Assembly: GCA_965215885.1 (NCBI GenBank)
Contig: CBDCEW010000082.1
Location: 1 to 64,000 of the forward strand
Source of the DNA: Candidatus Moanibacter sp.
GTDB lineage: Bacteria > Verrucomicrobiota > Verrucomicrobiia > Opitutales > UBA2987
Length of the DNA stretch: 64,000 nt
Reading direction: 5' to 3'
Shown: one piece after another, positions 41,629-52,942 of the stretch
Layout of the letters: every line of letters begins with the position of its first letter
Numbering within the stretch: the stretch's first letter is position 1
Translations under genes and position numbers: made by a program
Notes under the pieces: model-generated
Seen by the model: the letters and a program-made list of their open reading frames with translations, nothing else
Databases searched by the model: none
Told to the model about the DNA's origin: nothing

Positions 41629-42270
41629 AGGCCTGGGAACAAACACTGAGCGTGAGGCGATTTTTCAAACCAGGGGTCAACAACATAATTCATCCTCCCT
41701 TCCAAGCCAATGGGTTGAGGAGCACATACATATCTAACATTAACTGCTGCACCACCTGAAGGGGAAAGAATCGCGGTATTTTACGTTCTTGCAATCCGCC
41801 ATATACTACTCCCCAATAGCGGTTCTTCCGATACTTCTCGCCACTATCCAAATCGGCTCGAAGAAGCTGCGTAAAGTAAGGTTTATTGAGGACTTTCGGG
41901 GAGAGGAATAGAGCGCCTATATCCTGTCGTATCAACACTTTAACAAAATCCGGGTACTCTTCGGGCTGCGCCCATACAGCCTGCTGGGAATACCATGCCG
42001 TCCCCGCGGGAATATCCGACATGATTCCATACCCGGGGAAAAACTTCTCCGTCACCATCGTTCGTGTTCTCACGAGAACGGAAGGAACATAAGGAGGAAA
42101 AGTAAAGGGGACACGTCGCGGCTCCAGTAAATTGTGGGCCAACGGCATGCCGTGCAGCAAAAGCAGCACGATTATGCTGAGCGTAACTTCCCAGAAGGAA
42201 CGCCGGCCGGTGCTCTCGAGCATAACAAGAAAAAACCCCGCCCCGAGAATAATAACCAATGGCGATAGAT

Positions 42271-44189
42271 AGACCTTATCCGAAAAGCTACTGATTGGCC
42301 GCAAAGAGGCGCAAAAGGCGCAAGAAAAACTTGAGAAAAATCATTTTTTGGCTTGATAAAAAGTGTCGCAACATGCTAGTGTTTAACAACCTAAGATTAA
42401 GAAAGGAGTTAAACATGCCAACATGTGCGACAGAGAAGAACAAAAGCGATAAGACGCCCCTTAGCAACCTCATTCTGCCGGTTCCAGACACGGATTTCCG
42501 TGATTTTCTGGATGAAGTTGAAGAATTGGCCGGGTTCGCGCCGCAAATCATCGAGGCGATCGAGAAGGATCTGGACGCCCATGCACGTGAGAAGAAGAAA
42601 CTTCGATTGGAAGATCGAAGGTTCTTTGAAGGGCGCACAGCGGACCTGCCGGAGCTGGACATCGAGGAGGAGAATATTCTGGCTGCTGAATTGAATCTTG
42701 GGGCAGGCCGGCCGCGGATGCCGGCTTATGCGGTATACGTGTTCGTGATGCTTCGAGGGTTTCTGGGTTCGTTGACCACGAAACCGGCACGGCGGTTTGT
42801 GCGCGAGTCGATGAGCTTGTACGGATTTTTGCAGAGCGGGGGACTGAGAATGCCGGCGGTGACGACGATTCTGGAGAACGTGAACCTGGTCAGCCATACG
42901 ACCCGCGAGTTGATCTTTGATAAACAGATTGGGTTTATCCTCCAGGAGCAATGGGACGATTTCGGGAAGCTGACGATCGACAGCACCTCGGTGAAAGCAA
43001 ACAGCTGCTGGCCCACCGATGGGAAGATTCTGAGCGGTCTTTTGATGCGGGCCAATCGTTTGGGTCAGAAGTTGCATGTCTTCGGGCTGGAGGATTTTCG
43101 CAAGGGATGGGTTGGGCGTTGGCTGGAGGAAATGGACAAGCTGGAGTTTCAGATTTGTCTGGCCGCGGGCAAACCGAAGTCGAAGGGCAAGCTGAAGAAA
43201 CACTACCGGCGGTTGCTCAAGCGGGGCCGCAAGGCGGCCGACTCACTAACGGGGGAACTGAGCCATCTTGAAGAGGGCCTGTCGATGGATTCACTGCCTC
43301 CCACTCGCCGGGAGCTTCTGGAGCGGGCATTGAGCCAGATCAGGGGCGATATTGCCGACGCCAAGCGGGTTGTTGAGTATGCTCATGATCGGGTGTTTCA
43401 CGAAAAGAAGCTACCGTCCACACAGAAGGTCCTGAGCCTCTCGGACGGATCGGCGGCCTACATCAAGAAGGGCAGCCGCAATCCAGTGATCGGGTACAAG
43501 CCACAACTGGTTCGCAGCGAAAACGGTTTTGTCACCAGCCTGATCGTACCGCAAGGCAACGCGGCAGACTCCATTGAGCTGGCGCCGGCCATCGGCGATT
43601 CGATCAAGCGCACCGGTGTCATTGCTGAACTGGTCAGCACCGATGACGGATATGCTTCGGCGAAGGGACGCAAGGAGGTGCTGAGCATGGGGGTAAAGCA
43701 GATCAGTATCAGTGGGGCGAAGGGCAAGAAGTTGACCACCCCCGAGGACTGGGAGAGCGAGGCGTATCGCGAGGCACGCCGCGATCGCTCCGCAGTGGAG
43801 TCGCTGATGTTCACGATTAAAGATGGATTTGCCTTTGGCGAACTCGGCCGCCGCGGCATCGATGCGGTAGGCGATGAACTGCTCGAGAAGGTTCTGGCCT
43901 ACAACTTCTGCCGCATCATACTGATGAAGAAACGCCGAGGGGAGGAACTGGAACAGGCAGCCTGAATCTGACCGCTTTGAAGCTCAGAGAAAAAAGCACC
44001 ACGGGATGAGTATGCCTCCAGACAGCGGCAAATATACGTATTGTGCAGCAAGCCACGCCGATGGCCGCTCAATACCTGCTCATCGGCAGCGCCGGCAGCC
44101 TAAAACCCGAAACCTGCCAGCCATAGGCTGGTCCGCCCGTGGCGGAGAACCTTAAACCGCCCGCTCGAAAGGCTTTTCGAATGGGGTCT
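42271..44189 (+). mobile_element. Insertion sequence, ~1.92 kb, IS5/ISNCY-like
   Basis: TIRs AGACCTTATCCGAAAAGC / rc AGACCCCATTCGAAAAGC; DR AGAT (or TAGATA if TIR starts GACC). Confidence 0.9.
42415..43965 (+). CDS. DDE transposase (IS5/ISNCY-like), 516 aa
   Basis: GRPRM, IDSTSVKANSCWPTD, YIKKG..GYK, STDDGY, RSAVES motifs; RBS AGGAG at 42404-42408. Confidence 0.88.
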   Translation: MPTCATEKNKSDKTPLSNLILPVPDTDFRDFLDEVEELAGFAPQIIEAIEKDLDAHAREKKKLRLEDRRFFEGRTADLPELDIEEENILAAELNLGAGRPRMPAYAVYVFVMLRGFLGSLTTKPARRFVRESMSLYGFLQSGGLRMPAVTTILENVNLVSHTTRELIFDKQIGFILQEQWDDFGKLTIDSTSVKANSCWPTDGKILSGLLMRANRLGQKLHVFGLEDFRKGWVGRWLEEMDKLEFQICLAAGKPKSKGKLKKHYRRLLKRGRKAADSLTGELSHLEEGLSMDSLPPTRRELLERALSQIRGDIADAKRVVEYAHDRVFHEKKLPSTQKVLSLSDGSAAYIKKGSRNPVIGYKPQLVRSENGFVTSLIVPQGNAADSIELAPAIGDSIKRTGVIAELVSTDDGYASAKGRKEVLSMGVKQISISGAKGKKLTTPEDWESEAYREARRDRSAVESLMFTIKDGFAFGELGRRGIDAVGDELLEKVLAYNFCRIILMKKRRGEELEQAA

Positions 44190-45521
44190 AGATAGAACAT
44201 AGGAATTCGCATTGACTCGCCGCTATTAAGAAAGGGTTGAAATAAGAGAAGAACGATCACAGAGATAGCCATATACCATCGAATGTGGTTAGTCACCGGA
44301 TTACGAAACCGATAAAGGATCCCTGTAAGAAAAAATGCAGCAAACAGGTAGGAGCCTCCGGACCAAAAGTGGTTCCGAATGTTCTCCCCGATTCCTTTCA
44401 ATCCCTTGTTTCCAATCTTCCGCAGACTGATCTTCGGACCTGCCGATGTCATTGCCTTTCGAAAATACTCGGGTTCTGCTGTGGAATCACCTACCCTTAG
44501 TGCGAGATTCTGGCCCGCAAGGCCCAGTGGGTGTCCCGTCCAATATACGTTTCTGGCTAACCAGGGCGTCGCAAGAAGCAGGAAACCGATCACTACGGGC
44601 AAGACGATTTTCAGTAAATCGCGTCCACGATATGTATAAAAGGCATATCCGAGAAAAACACCCAAAACCAATCCCGCGCTATACTCGGTGAGGAAGATGA
44701 GTCCGCCTGTCAGGCCGACTCCAAAACTGACCGGCATAAAGTACTTTGGCAGAGCACGCGCTTCTTCCTCAAGTCTCGCACTCTCCAGAAAGCTCCATAG
44801 AAAGAAGATCAACAGTATCAGGCATACCAGTATTGAGATTCCCGTTACCGCCATTACTTGATCCCAGAGCCCTACTGAAAAAAGGACCCCGAATAGCGAT
44901 ATGAGTCCCCCTCTTGGTGAATAAAGCCGGCGGCCCAGGAAATAGACCAACAAGCAGCTTATCCAGAAGAAAATAAGATTAATGACGAGCACATAGTAAT
45001 CGGCATTGAACCCGGTTGGGATGACATCCCCGACAAAGTAGGGGTCTTCCCACAAAAGTGACTCCAGTGACTCGGGAATCAGAAGCAATCCCCCGGCAAT
45101 CATAGCCGGATATAATGGCGCATGGTAGAAATCCGGTAAGGCTTGATCCGGATCAAAGCTGAGGTTGTGCAGTTTCTCCAGGACAGCCACCGTCTGCGGA
45201 AAGACCACAGAGGTGGCGAAACCATCTCCTCTCGCAAGATGTTTCCCTATGAGGGTCTGTTGGATCACATACTCGGTCTGCGGACCGGCAAATCGCTTGT
45301 AGCTGTGGTAAGCCGAAAACAACAGCACAAAAGCGACCAGCGCCAGGACGGCGAGTACCTTCTTGCCCTCCCCTATATCAAGCCAATGAACGAGGCGTTG
45401 TATATTGAATGAAAACATGAATTCAGTAAGAGTCCTGAAATTCAGACAGGCGGCGATTTCTACACCCTACCTCCCTGCATAGAAGCAAGACCGACCCTCC
45501 TTTTCTAATTCCCGGGCAAAG

Positions 45522-46895
45522 CTATTCGTCCTCCCGTTCAAGCACGTCCAGTTCCGGCCACTGGGAAAGCTTGCGATGCAATGTCCTTCGGCTGATTCCC
45601 AGCAGTTTAGCTGCTTTTGTGCGATTACCTCGCGATTCGATTAGCGCATTTCGCAGGAGCCGTTTCTTATTATCCTCTACTGACAACGGATTTGCCGTTT
45701 TTCCCGCTTCGGATACATCCAAAACTCCGCCCACAAAGTGAGGCGGCAGGTCGAATTGGGAGACCTCCCCGCCCCGCCTCATAACGACCATGTTTTCGGC
45801 CAAATTCCTCAGTTCTCTGATGTTTCCGGGCCACCGATAGCTTTCAAGAATTCTCATCGCAGTGGGAGCGATCTTCAGATCATCGGTCCCATTCTCTGTC
45901 ACATAGTATCTTACCCAGTGATCGATCAGAAGAGGAATGTCCTCCTTTCGCTCCCGCAGAGATGGTAGTCTGATGGGTACGACATTCAAACGGTAGAAGA
46001 GGTCTTCTCTGAACGCTCCCTTTTTCACTAATTCGTTCAGATCCTGATTCGTTGCCACTACCAGGCGCACGTCTACCTTAATCGGCTTGACGCTACCGAG
46101 ACGTTCAAATGTCCGCAGATCGAGAAACCGCAGAAGTTTTACCTGTGTGGAAGCATCGATTTCACCCACTTCGTCAACAAAAAGCGTACCGCCATGGGCC
46201 GCTTCAAAACGACCGATCCGTCTCTCTACCGCTCCTGTAAAGGCTCCTTTCTCATGCCCGAATAATTCGCTCTCAAGGAGGCTTGAGGGTAAGGCCGCGC
46301 AATGAACAACGACAAACGGCCGGCGGGCGCGTTCACTGTTTTGGTGAACTGCCTGCGCAAAGAGTTCCTTTCCTGTTCCCGTTTCACCCTCCAGGAGAAC
46401 AGTTGCCTTCGAGGCCGCTACCAACTTTATTTTCTCGACCACCTCCATAAGCGGTCGGGAGTTTCCTACGATCTCCTCAAGATTGAATTTCCTGTCTAAG
46501 CGCTCATGCAGCGTCTGATTTTCCCTCTCGAGGTGACGCGATTTGAGTTCGCGTTTAATTACTATCTCAAGGTTTTCCAGATTAACCGGTTTGGTGAGAA
46601 AGTCATTAGCGCCTCGCCGCATCGCTTCCACCGCGGTCTCGACACTTCCGTAGGCCGTCATCATTATCGTGACGGGAGGTTTCGAAAGACCGATTGTATG
46701 ATCGATCACCGACAACCCGCTCTTTCCCGCCATCTTCAAATCCGTCAAGACGACATCAAACTCCTCGGAATCCAGGAAATTAAACGCCTCCTCGGCGTTT
46801 GCCGCCAGGTAGACTTCATACTCATTTTCGAGGGCCGCACTCAGGCCTACCCGAGTATGTCTTTCATCATCTACAATTAAAACGCTCGCCGGCAT
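45522..46895 (-). CDS. sigma54-dependent response regulator (NtrC/AtoC family)
   Basis: Receiver domain, GETGTGKE, ESELFGHEKGAFTGA, WPGNIREL, Fis-type HTH. Confidence 0.95.
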   Translation of the reverse strand: MPASVLIVDDERHTRVGLSAALENEYEVYLAANAEEAFNFLDSEEFDVVLTDLKMAGKSGLSVIDHTIGLSKPPVTIMMTAYGSVETAVEAMRRGANDFLTKPVNLENLEIVIKRELKSRHLERENQTLHERLDRKFNLEEIVGNSRPLMEVVEKIKLVAASKATVLLEGETGTGKELFAQAVHQNSERARRPFVVVHCAALPSSLLESELFGHEKGAFTGAVERRIGRFEAAHGGTLFVDEVGEIDASTQVKLLRFLDLRTFERLGSVKPIKVDVRLVVATNQDLNELVKKGAFREDLFYRLNVVPIRLPSLRERKEDIPLLIDHWVRYYVTENGTDDLKIAPTAMRILESYRWPGNIRELRNLAENMVVMRRGGEVSQFDLPPHFVGGVLDVSEAGKTANPLSVEDNKKRLLRNALIESRGNRTKAAKLLGISRRTLHRKLSQWPELDVLEREDE

Positions 46896-46901
46896 CGTGA
46901 T

Positions 46902-46998
46902 CTAGCCCGCTTTTCTCACAAATTTGTAATTTAGCCTGGAAATCTTTTGAGATTTCCGGGCCAGGGCAGCCTTCAGTCGGCAAATGTGTGAAAAAATG
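46902..46998. repeat. CTAG-bounded CCCG-family inverted-repeat element
   Basis: CTAGCCCGCTTTTCT as at 49845; nested hairpin GCCTGGAAATCT..AGATTTCCGGGC. Confidence 0.6.
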
Positions 46999-47016
46999 TC
47001 ACAGTTCGCAAGCCTA

Positions 47017-48201
47017 TTACGTCTCCAATAGGCGCACGCGGCGGTGTTTCTGGGGAAATTGCAGAGTAACGACAGTGCCGGTACCCGACAGACTGTCGAT
47101 CCCAATCTGACCCCCATGATCACGCATGATTCTCTGCACAATCATCATCCCGAGACCGTGACCTTCCTTCTTCGTAGAGAAATAGGGTTGAAAGACTTTA
47201 CTGAGGTACTCTTTATCGATACCGCTGCCAGAATCGCCGATCTGTAGAAAGACAAATTCGTCATCGCTACGTGCCCTCACCTTGATAGTTCCACCCCCTT
47301 CCATTGCTTCCGAGGCATTCTTGAGCAAGTTGAAATAGACTTGCTTAATCTGATTTGAATCACCTGAAACAACAGGTAATTTCTCACGAAACTCCACATC
47401 CACATGAATCCCCAGATCTTCCAGCTCCTGCCCCAGAAACTCCAGGACTTCCTCAAGAACCGCGAACAAGTCGAGGTCCCGAAAATCCGGCTCACGGGGA
47501 CGGACGGCATCGAGAAAGTTTGCAATAATCCCATCCAACTGGTTTAATTCATCGGTGCAGATATCCAGGGATTTTCGAATACTATCAATCGCCTTCTTGC
47601 TCGACTTTAATGGTCTAAGGCGACGCTTGATCAGTTGGAAATGAATCGTCAGGGAGTTTAGAGGATTCCCCAATTCATGAGCGACTCCGGCGGCAAGCAT
47701 TATGATTGATGCTGTCTTCTCATTTTCAATCATCTCCTGGTTCGAGAGCTTCTCCTCTGTAAAATCGGAGAGTATCACGGCGAATCGTAGCGACTTCGAA
47801 GCCGAGATGTGCTCATCTTGAAAGGGCATCAAGTAGAGACGCACATACCGGTTCTCCGGATAAGTTAGCTGTATCTCTCGAGTCACGATCGAAACTTCGG
47901 CGTAGGTCCCGTCGGCATTAAAATTCAGGGTCCGAGTCAAGTCGGGCACTAACTTCCAAAGAACCACCCGCCCCAGGTCTTTCAATTTCAAACCGATCAT
48001 TTTACCCGCCGCCTCATTGGCATGCTCGACGACACCGTCTTCATCGATGACCAGGATACCCTCACGTAGTGTATCCAGAACCGTTTCAAGGAGTTTTCGC
48101 TCTTTAACGAGTCTTTGTACGAGTATAGCCAGATTAGTAGCATCGAGCTCATCGACTCTGTCCAGAAGCTTCTCCAGAGAGGTAGTCTTTCCGAAGGGCA
48201 T
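47017..48201 (-). CDS. Cytoplasmic PAS-domain histidine kinase
   Basis: PAS domain, AHELGNPL H-box, NLLKNA, DSGSG, FSTK..GHGLG; no TM helix seen. Confidence 0.93.
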   Translation of the reverse strand: MPFGKTTSLEKLLDRVDELDATNLAILVQRLVKERKLLETVLDTLREGILVIDEDGVVEHANEAAGKMIGLKLKDLGRVVLWKLVPDLTRTLNFNADGTYAEVSIVTREIQLTYPENRYVRLYLMPFQDEHISASKSLRFAVILSDFTEEKLSNQEMIENEKTASIIMLAAGVAHELGNPLNSLTIHFQLIKRRLRPLKSSKKAIDSIRKSLDICTDELNQLDGIIANFLDAVRPREPDFRDLDLFAVLEEVLEFLGQELEDLGIHVDVEFREKLPVVSGDSNQIKQVYFNLLKNASEAMEGGGTIKVRARSDDEFVFLQIGDSGSGIDKEYLSKVFQPYFSTKKEGHGLGMMIVQRIMRDHGGQIGIDSLSGTGTVVTLQFPQKHRRVRLLET

Positions 48202-48209
48202 AATTCAAA

Positions 48210-48878
48210 TCACGGTCTCTTTTCCTGCAATGAAAGCAAGTTGCGGGAAAATTCTTCAATGAGCAGGGAGGCCAGCCTCTTCTTGGTGTCCGGACCTAGA
48301 TTTCGAGCGCTGCCGTCGGAACCGACTACGGTCAGGCGGTTAACATCGGAACCGAATCCAGAACCCTCTTTACCTACTTCATTGGCGACTATGATATCAA
48401 CATTTTTCTCTATTAGCTTCTTTCGCGCATTGGCCTCAATGTCCTCAGTCTCGGCCGCGAATGCGACCACATACTGCCGCAATTTTCGCATCGTAAGAGT
48501 CTTCACAATGTCTCTAACCGGTTCCAGTGCGACCTCCAAGACGTCCCCACTTTTCTTAACTTTCTGCTCGGAATAGGTTACAGGGCGATAGTCCACCACG
48601 GCCGCCGACATTATCAATACGTCGCAATCGTCGAATCGGCGATTCACCTCCAGAAACATCTCATCGCTAGTAATTACTCGAGTTAGAGAGACTCCTCGGG
48701 GCCCGCTCAACGATACGGGACCGGATACTAATTCGACCTCCCAACCTGCATAGGCAGCGGCCTCCGCCAGCGCATAGCCCATCTTGCCGCTGGAAGGATT
48801 GCTGAGAAATCGCACGGGATCAAAATACTCTCTCGTGGGACCCGCGGTTACGAGGCAGCGTATCTTGCTTGCTTTCAT
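48210..48878 (-). CDS. coaB: Phosphopantothenate-cysteine ligase (stand-alone)
   Basis: [36 protein letters not shown] motifs; no CoaC domain. Confidence 0.9.
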   Translation of the reverse strand: MKASKIRCLVTAGPTREYFDPVRFLSNPSSGKMGYALAEAAAYAGWEVELVSGPVSLSGPRGVSLTRVITSDEMFLEVNRRFDDCDVLIMSAAVVDYRPVTYSEQKVKKSGDVLEVALEPVRDIVKTLTMRKLRQYVVAFAAETEDIEANARKKLIEKNVDIIVANEVGKEGSGFGSDVNRLTVVGSDGSARNLGPDTKKRLASLLIEEFSRNLLSLQEKRP

Positions 48879-48917
48879 CTCAATTGAATTAGAGGCTGCG
48901 TCAACCGACCACTGGGA

Positions 48918-49670
48918 ATGAATAGCAACAATAACCGCGATAAAGACAACAGGGAAGTTGCCTCCAAAAGAGCGGAAGAATCGAACCCGATGAGGCAGGA
49001 GCATCTCTTTGTAAGTCTGGGACTTAACATACTGCTCCCCTCGATAATTCTCATGAAGGGCGGCCCGTGGCTCGGACTCGATCCGAAGGAGGGGCTGATT
49101 CTGGCTTTAGCATTTCCTCTGAGCTACGGAATTTACTATTTCGCGGCGAGGAGGAAGTACAATTTCTTCTCCATCGTTGGTTTAATCAGTATTCTGATTA
49201 CAGGCGGGGTAGGATTACTGAGAATCGACAAGGATTGGATCGCCGTGAAGGAGGCGGCTGTTCCTTCCCTCTTCGGTCTCGCCGTCCTGGTTACTTTGAA
49301 GACGCCAAGACCGCTCGTCCGGATGTTTCTCTTTAACGACCAGATCCTGGATGTTCAGAAAGTGGAAGCTGCCCTTGAGGAAACGAACAAGAGAAGCGCC
49401 TTCGAGAAACTGCTCGTGATTTGCACGATGCTTCTCGCACTCTCATTTCTTCTCAGTGCTGCATTGAACTTTATCCTCGCGAAGATTCTCATTGTGAGCG
49501 ACAGCGGGACCCCTTCCTTTAACGAAGAACTTGGACGGATGACAATATGGAGTTACCCCGTTATTGTGGTACCCTCGATGATCGTGATGATGTTCGCGCT
49601 GACAAAACTCGTCTCCGGCATTAAAGAGCTTACGGGCCTGGAGTTGGAAGACATCTTCCGGCAGCCCTAG
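48918..49670 (+). CDS. VC0807-family / septation-protein-A-like membrane protein
   Basis: [36 protein letters not shown] pattern. Confidence 0.7.
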   Translation: MNSNNNRDKDNREVASKRAEESNPMRQEHLFVSLGLNILLPSIILMKGGPWLGLDPKEGLILALAFPLSYGIYYFAARRKYNFFSIVGLISILITGGVGLLRIDKDWIAVKEAAVPSLFGLAVLVTLKTPRPLVRMFLFNDQILDVQKVEAALEETNKRSAFEKLLVICTMLLALSFLLSAALNFILAKILIVSDSGTPSFNEELGRMTIWSYPVIVVPSMIVMMFALTKLVSGIKELTGLELEDIFRQP

Positions 49671-49946
49671 CCCGAAAATTTCACAAACCTTCTGCTACGA
49701 CCGCGGATATCACTGCGTCTCAACCCCTTCCCTTGCTCGGCGACCTCAGAGGGTTCCAACACACTGTCGCCCGCCGACCTGCGAAAAGGCCCTGATACGC
49801 AGCGATCTACGCTTTCTCGCTGCGAAGTGTGTGAAATGTCCGGGCTAGCCCGCTTTTCTAACAATTATCCGAGGAGGGCATTGCGACAAGATGCTCTTCC
49901 CAACTCTGCCCTACGGCAGAGCTTACAGGCGACAAAAAGCGGGCTA
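49667..49946. repeat. Two abutting CCCG...CGGG mini-elements joined at CTAG
   Basis: 49671-49844 (TIR 13/15) and 49849-49943 (CCCGCTTTT/AAAAGCGGG); outer ends coincide with the TAG stops of both convergent genes. Confidence 0.7.
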
Positions 49947-51254
49947 CTGAGACTCCTGGTTTCGCTTCGTTATTGGCACATAGTCGCGAATTTTGGAACC
50001 TGAATAGATCTGGCGTGGACGATGGATGCGCCCTTTTGGATTTTCCGCCAATTCCTTCCAATGGGCGATCCATCCAGGCAACCTGCCGATCGCAAACATG
50101 ACCGTAAACATCTCGATCGGAATTCCAATCGCTCGAAGAATGATTCCACTGTAAAAATCCACATTGGGGTAGAGTTTTCTCTCTACAAAATAGTCGTCGC
50201 TTAAGGCGGCATCTTCGAGCCGCCGAGCAATCTCGAGCAGGGCATCCTGGCCACCCAAAGTCTTCAACACCCGATCGGCAGCCTGGCCCAGAATCCTGGC
50301 TCGCGGGTCGTAGTTTCTGTATACGCGATGGCCAAACCCCATCAGCCGCTGTCTGCCACTTTTGGCTTCCTCAATAAAGTCGCTTCCATCGTCCCCGGAA
50401 TCGCGAATATCCTCCAACATTCGGATCACGGCCATATTAGCGCCTCCATGCAAGGGGCCCCAAAGCGCATTGATGCCGGCGGAAACCGAAGCAAAGAGAT
50501 TGGCTCCCCCGGAAGCAACCATCCGGACAGTCGAGGTGCTGCAATTTTGCTCATGATCGGCATGCAGGAGGAGAAAGAGATTGAGCGCGTCCGCTACATC
50601 ACGATTCACTTCATAAGCCTTGAAAGGCTCTGTAAACATCATGTGTAGAAAATTGGAGCAGTAGCCGAGTTCCCGGTTTGGATATGTCACCGGCAACCCC
50701 TTCTGGATGCGATGAGTCATCGCCGCGATCGTTCTGATTTTCGATATCAGGATTGCCGCCGCCTCGTCAAAGTGTTCCAGATCCTGCTTGCGATTATTGC
50801 TGGCCATCTGGGGATGATGACAGCCTAACGTATTTGTCAACGCCGAGAGGACCGCCATTGGATGCGAATCGGGAGGTAAAGCTTCAATGACCCGCTCCAT
50901 ATCCACATGGACTTCAGCGTTCTGGAGTGCCTCCACGGAGAATTCATCCATCTGCTCCTGGGTCGGCAATTCCCCATAGATAATCAGATAGGCCGATTCC
51001 AGGAAATCAGACTTCTCCGCCAGTTGCTCGATGGGATATCCCCGATATCTCAGGATGCCTTTCTCACCATCGATAAAAGTGATCTTGCTTATGCACGAGC
51101 CGGTATTTCCATAACCCTCATCGAACGTGATGTAGCCACTTTGCGATCGAAGTGAACGTGTATCGACGGCGTACTCTCCCTCAGTACCCTCCAGCACAGG
51201 ATAGTTAAAATTCTCGTTCTCAATCCGAATCGTTACCGTTTTGTCCAGTTTCAT
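49944..51254 (-). CDS. gltA: Citrate synthase
   Basis: [46 protein letters not shown] motifs. Confidence 0.97.
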   Translation of the reverse strand: MKLDKTVTIRIENENFNYPVLEGTEGEYAVDTRSLRSQSGYITFDEGYGNTGSCISKITFIDGEKGILRYRGYPIEQLAEKSDFLESAYLIIYGELPTQEQMDEFSVEALQNAEVHVDMERVIEALPPDSHPMAVLSALTNTLGCHHPQMASNNRKQDLEHFDEAAAILISKIRTIAAMTHRIQKGLPVTYPNRELGYCSNFLHMMFTEPFKAYEVNRDVADALNLFLLLHADHEQNCSTSTVRMVASGGANLFASVSAGINALWGPLHGGANMAVIRMLEDIRDSGDDGSDFIEEAKSGRQRLMGFGHRVYRNYDPRARILGQAADRVLKTLGGQDALLEIARRLEDAALSDDYFVERKLYPNVDFYSGIILRAIGIPIEMFTVMFAIGRLPGWIAHWKELAENPKGRIHRPRQIYSGSKIRDYVPITKRNQESQ

Positions 51255-51266
51255 AAAATCATTCTT

Positions 51267-51866
51267 CTAAACCAGGAGGCCTTTTGTCGAGGGCAACTGA
51301 CCGCTCTGCCGCTCATCAATCGAAGTAGCCAAATCGAGCGCCCGCGCGAAACCCTTAAAAACAGCCTCGATAATATGGTGAGGCTCCTCTCCGTAAAGCA
51401 GAGAGACATGGACGTTCGCTCCGGCTGTATTCGCGAAAGCCTGAAAAAACTCCCTCACCAGACCGATATTAAAATCACGCACAAACCTGTCCTCCGCCCG
51501 CACATCGTATACAAGCACAGGTCTGCCCCCCAAGTCTAGCGAAACTCGTGCCAGTGCTTCGTCCATCGGCAAAACATAAAATCCGTAGCGCCGAATTCCG
51601 AGTTTCTCTCCCAAGGCCTTTTTTACAGCCATACCGAACACGATTCCGATATCCTCCACCGTGTGGTGGTAATCCACTTCCACATCCCCTTTCGCCTGGA
51701 GTTCGATGTCGAAGAGGCCATGCCGTGAAAGCAAGTCAAACATGTGATCCAGGAATGGTATGCCCGTCTCCACAGATGCCATACCAGTTCCATCGAGATT
51801 CAAAGATAGCGAGATCCTCGTTTCCTTTGTTTCCCTCTCGATCTCGGCTATGCGCCCTGTCTCCAT
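51267..51866 (-). CDS. hisB: Imidazoleglycerol-phosphate dehydratase
   Basis: [37 protein letters not shown] motifs. Confidence 0.97.
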   Translation of the reverse strand: METGRIAEIERETKETRISLSLNLDGTGMASVETGIPFLDHMFDLLSRHGLFDIELQAKGDVEVDYHHTVEDIGIVFGMAVKKALGEKLGIRRYGFYVLPMDEALARVSLDLGGRPVLVYDVRAEDRFVRDFNIGLVREFFQAFANTAGANVHVSLLYGEEPHHIIEAVFKGFARALDLATSIDERQSGQLPSTKGLLV

Positions 51867-52942
51867 CTATCAACGTTTTCTATAAATCGCAGCATTTCTC
51901 CTTCAGAGCCTATACTGATACGGAGGAAACTGGCTGTCAATGAGTTACCACCGAGATAGCGAACCAGAATTCTCTTCTCGAAGAGGAAATCATAAAGACT
52001 CCTGGCGACTTCCTCTCCCGAGGAGCCGTTCGCATCGACCGGTTCAGAGAAAATGAAATTCGCCTTGGAGGGATAGGTAAACCAACCGCGGGTCCGCAAT
52101 TTTCTAATTATAGTTTCGCGTGATTTCACGATCTTTCGAATAATTCTACCATGATAATCCCGATCTTCCAAAGCGGCCAATGCGCCGACTTGGCTTAGCC
52201 GATTAACATTGTAGCTGTCTCGGGCTCGATCGAGATATCGAATTATTGTGGACGAAGCGAGGGCAAAACCGACGCGCAATCCAGCCAGACTGTGCGATTT
52301 TGAGAACGTTCGAACTACTACAAGGTTGTCATGCTTTCCAAGCAGCGAAATCGCGCTTTCGGGGGCAAATCCCGCGTAGGCCTCATCGACCACTAAGAGA
52401 CCCTCGAATTCATGGGATAAGGCAGACAATTCCTCACTCTTTACCTCGATCCCGGTCGGAGCATTGGGGGAAGATAGGAAGAAAATATTAGCGCCGCAAT
52501 GAAGGATTTTCTCCCGGTCCAATTCCATCGCGCGTCCGTAGGGTATCGTGATTAGAGGGGCATTCTGCAATCCTGAGAGAACGGGATAAAGGGAATATTC
52601 CGGATCCATCGTGCCTGCAGGCCTGGCCGGACCGCTGAAACACCTGACGAGGAGGTTTAGAATGTCGTCAGATCCATTTCCGACTATTACCTGGTCCACT
52701 GCGAGGTCATGAAAAAGTGCGAGCGCTTCCCTCAGAGGAATACTTTGCGGATTCGGATAGAGAGGAATATTCTCAATCTCCGATCGAATCGCCTCTTCAA
52801 CTCTCGGACTTGGAGGATAGGGGTTCTCATTCGTATTGAGTTTTATCCACCCATCGCTCTTCGGTTGCGTTCCCGGAAGATAGGGCTCGTGACTGTCGAT
52901 GTGAGACAGAACATACCGCTCTGCGCTGCCCTTTCCGGTCAT
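51848..52942 (-). CDS. hisC: Histidinol-phosphate aminotransferase
   Basis: [38 protein letters not shown] motifs. Confidence 0.95.
   Translation of the reverse strand: MTGKGSAERYVLSHIDSHEPYLPGTQPKSDGWIKLNTNENPYPPSPRVEEAIRSEIENIPLYPNPQSIPLREALALFHDLAVDQVIVGNGSDDILNLLVRCFSGPARPAGTMDPEYSLYPVLSGLQNAPLITIPYGRAMELDREKILHCGANIFFLSSPNAPTGIEVKSEELSALSHEFEGLLVVDEAYAGFAPESAISLLGKHDNLVVVRTFSKSHSLAGLRVGFALASSTIIRYLDRARDSYNVNRLSQVGALAALEDRDYHGRIIRKIVKSRETIIRKLRTRGWFTYPSKANFIFSEPVDANGSSGEEVARSLYDFLFEKRILVRYLGGNSLTASFLRISIGSEGEMLRFIENVDRWRQGA

Larger units (their letters stand above)
41690..45418 (-). pseudogene. Polytopic membrane protein (GT-C/ArnT-like), interrupted by an IS
   Basis: Removing the IS and one DR restores ...PMFYLSPLVIILG..., a 601-aa ORF; HAPLYP and PWLARNVYWTGHP motifs. 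Confidence 0.8.

Noticed and set aside
44069..44189. C-terminus of the 449-aa ORF as a genuine protein end
   Set aside because: It is read-through into the IS end; the true continuation resumes at 42266.
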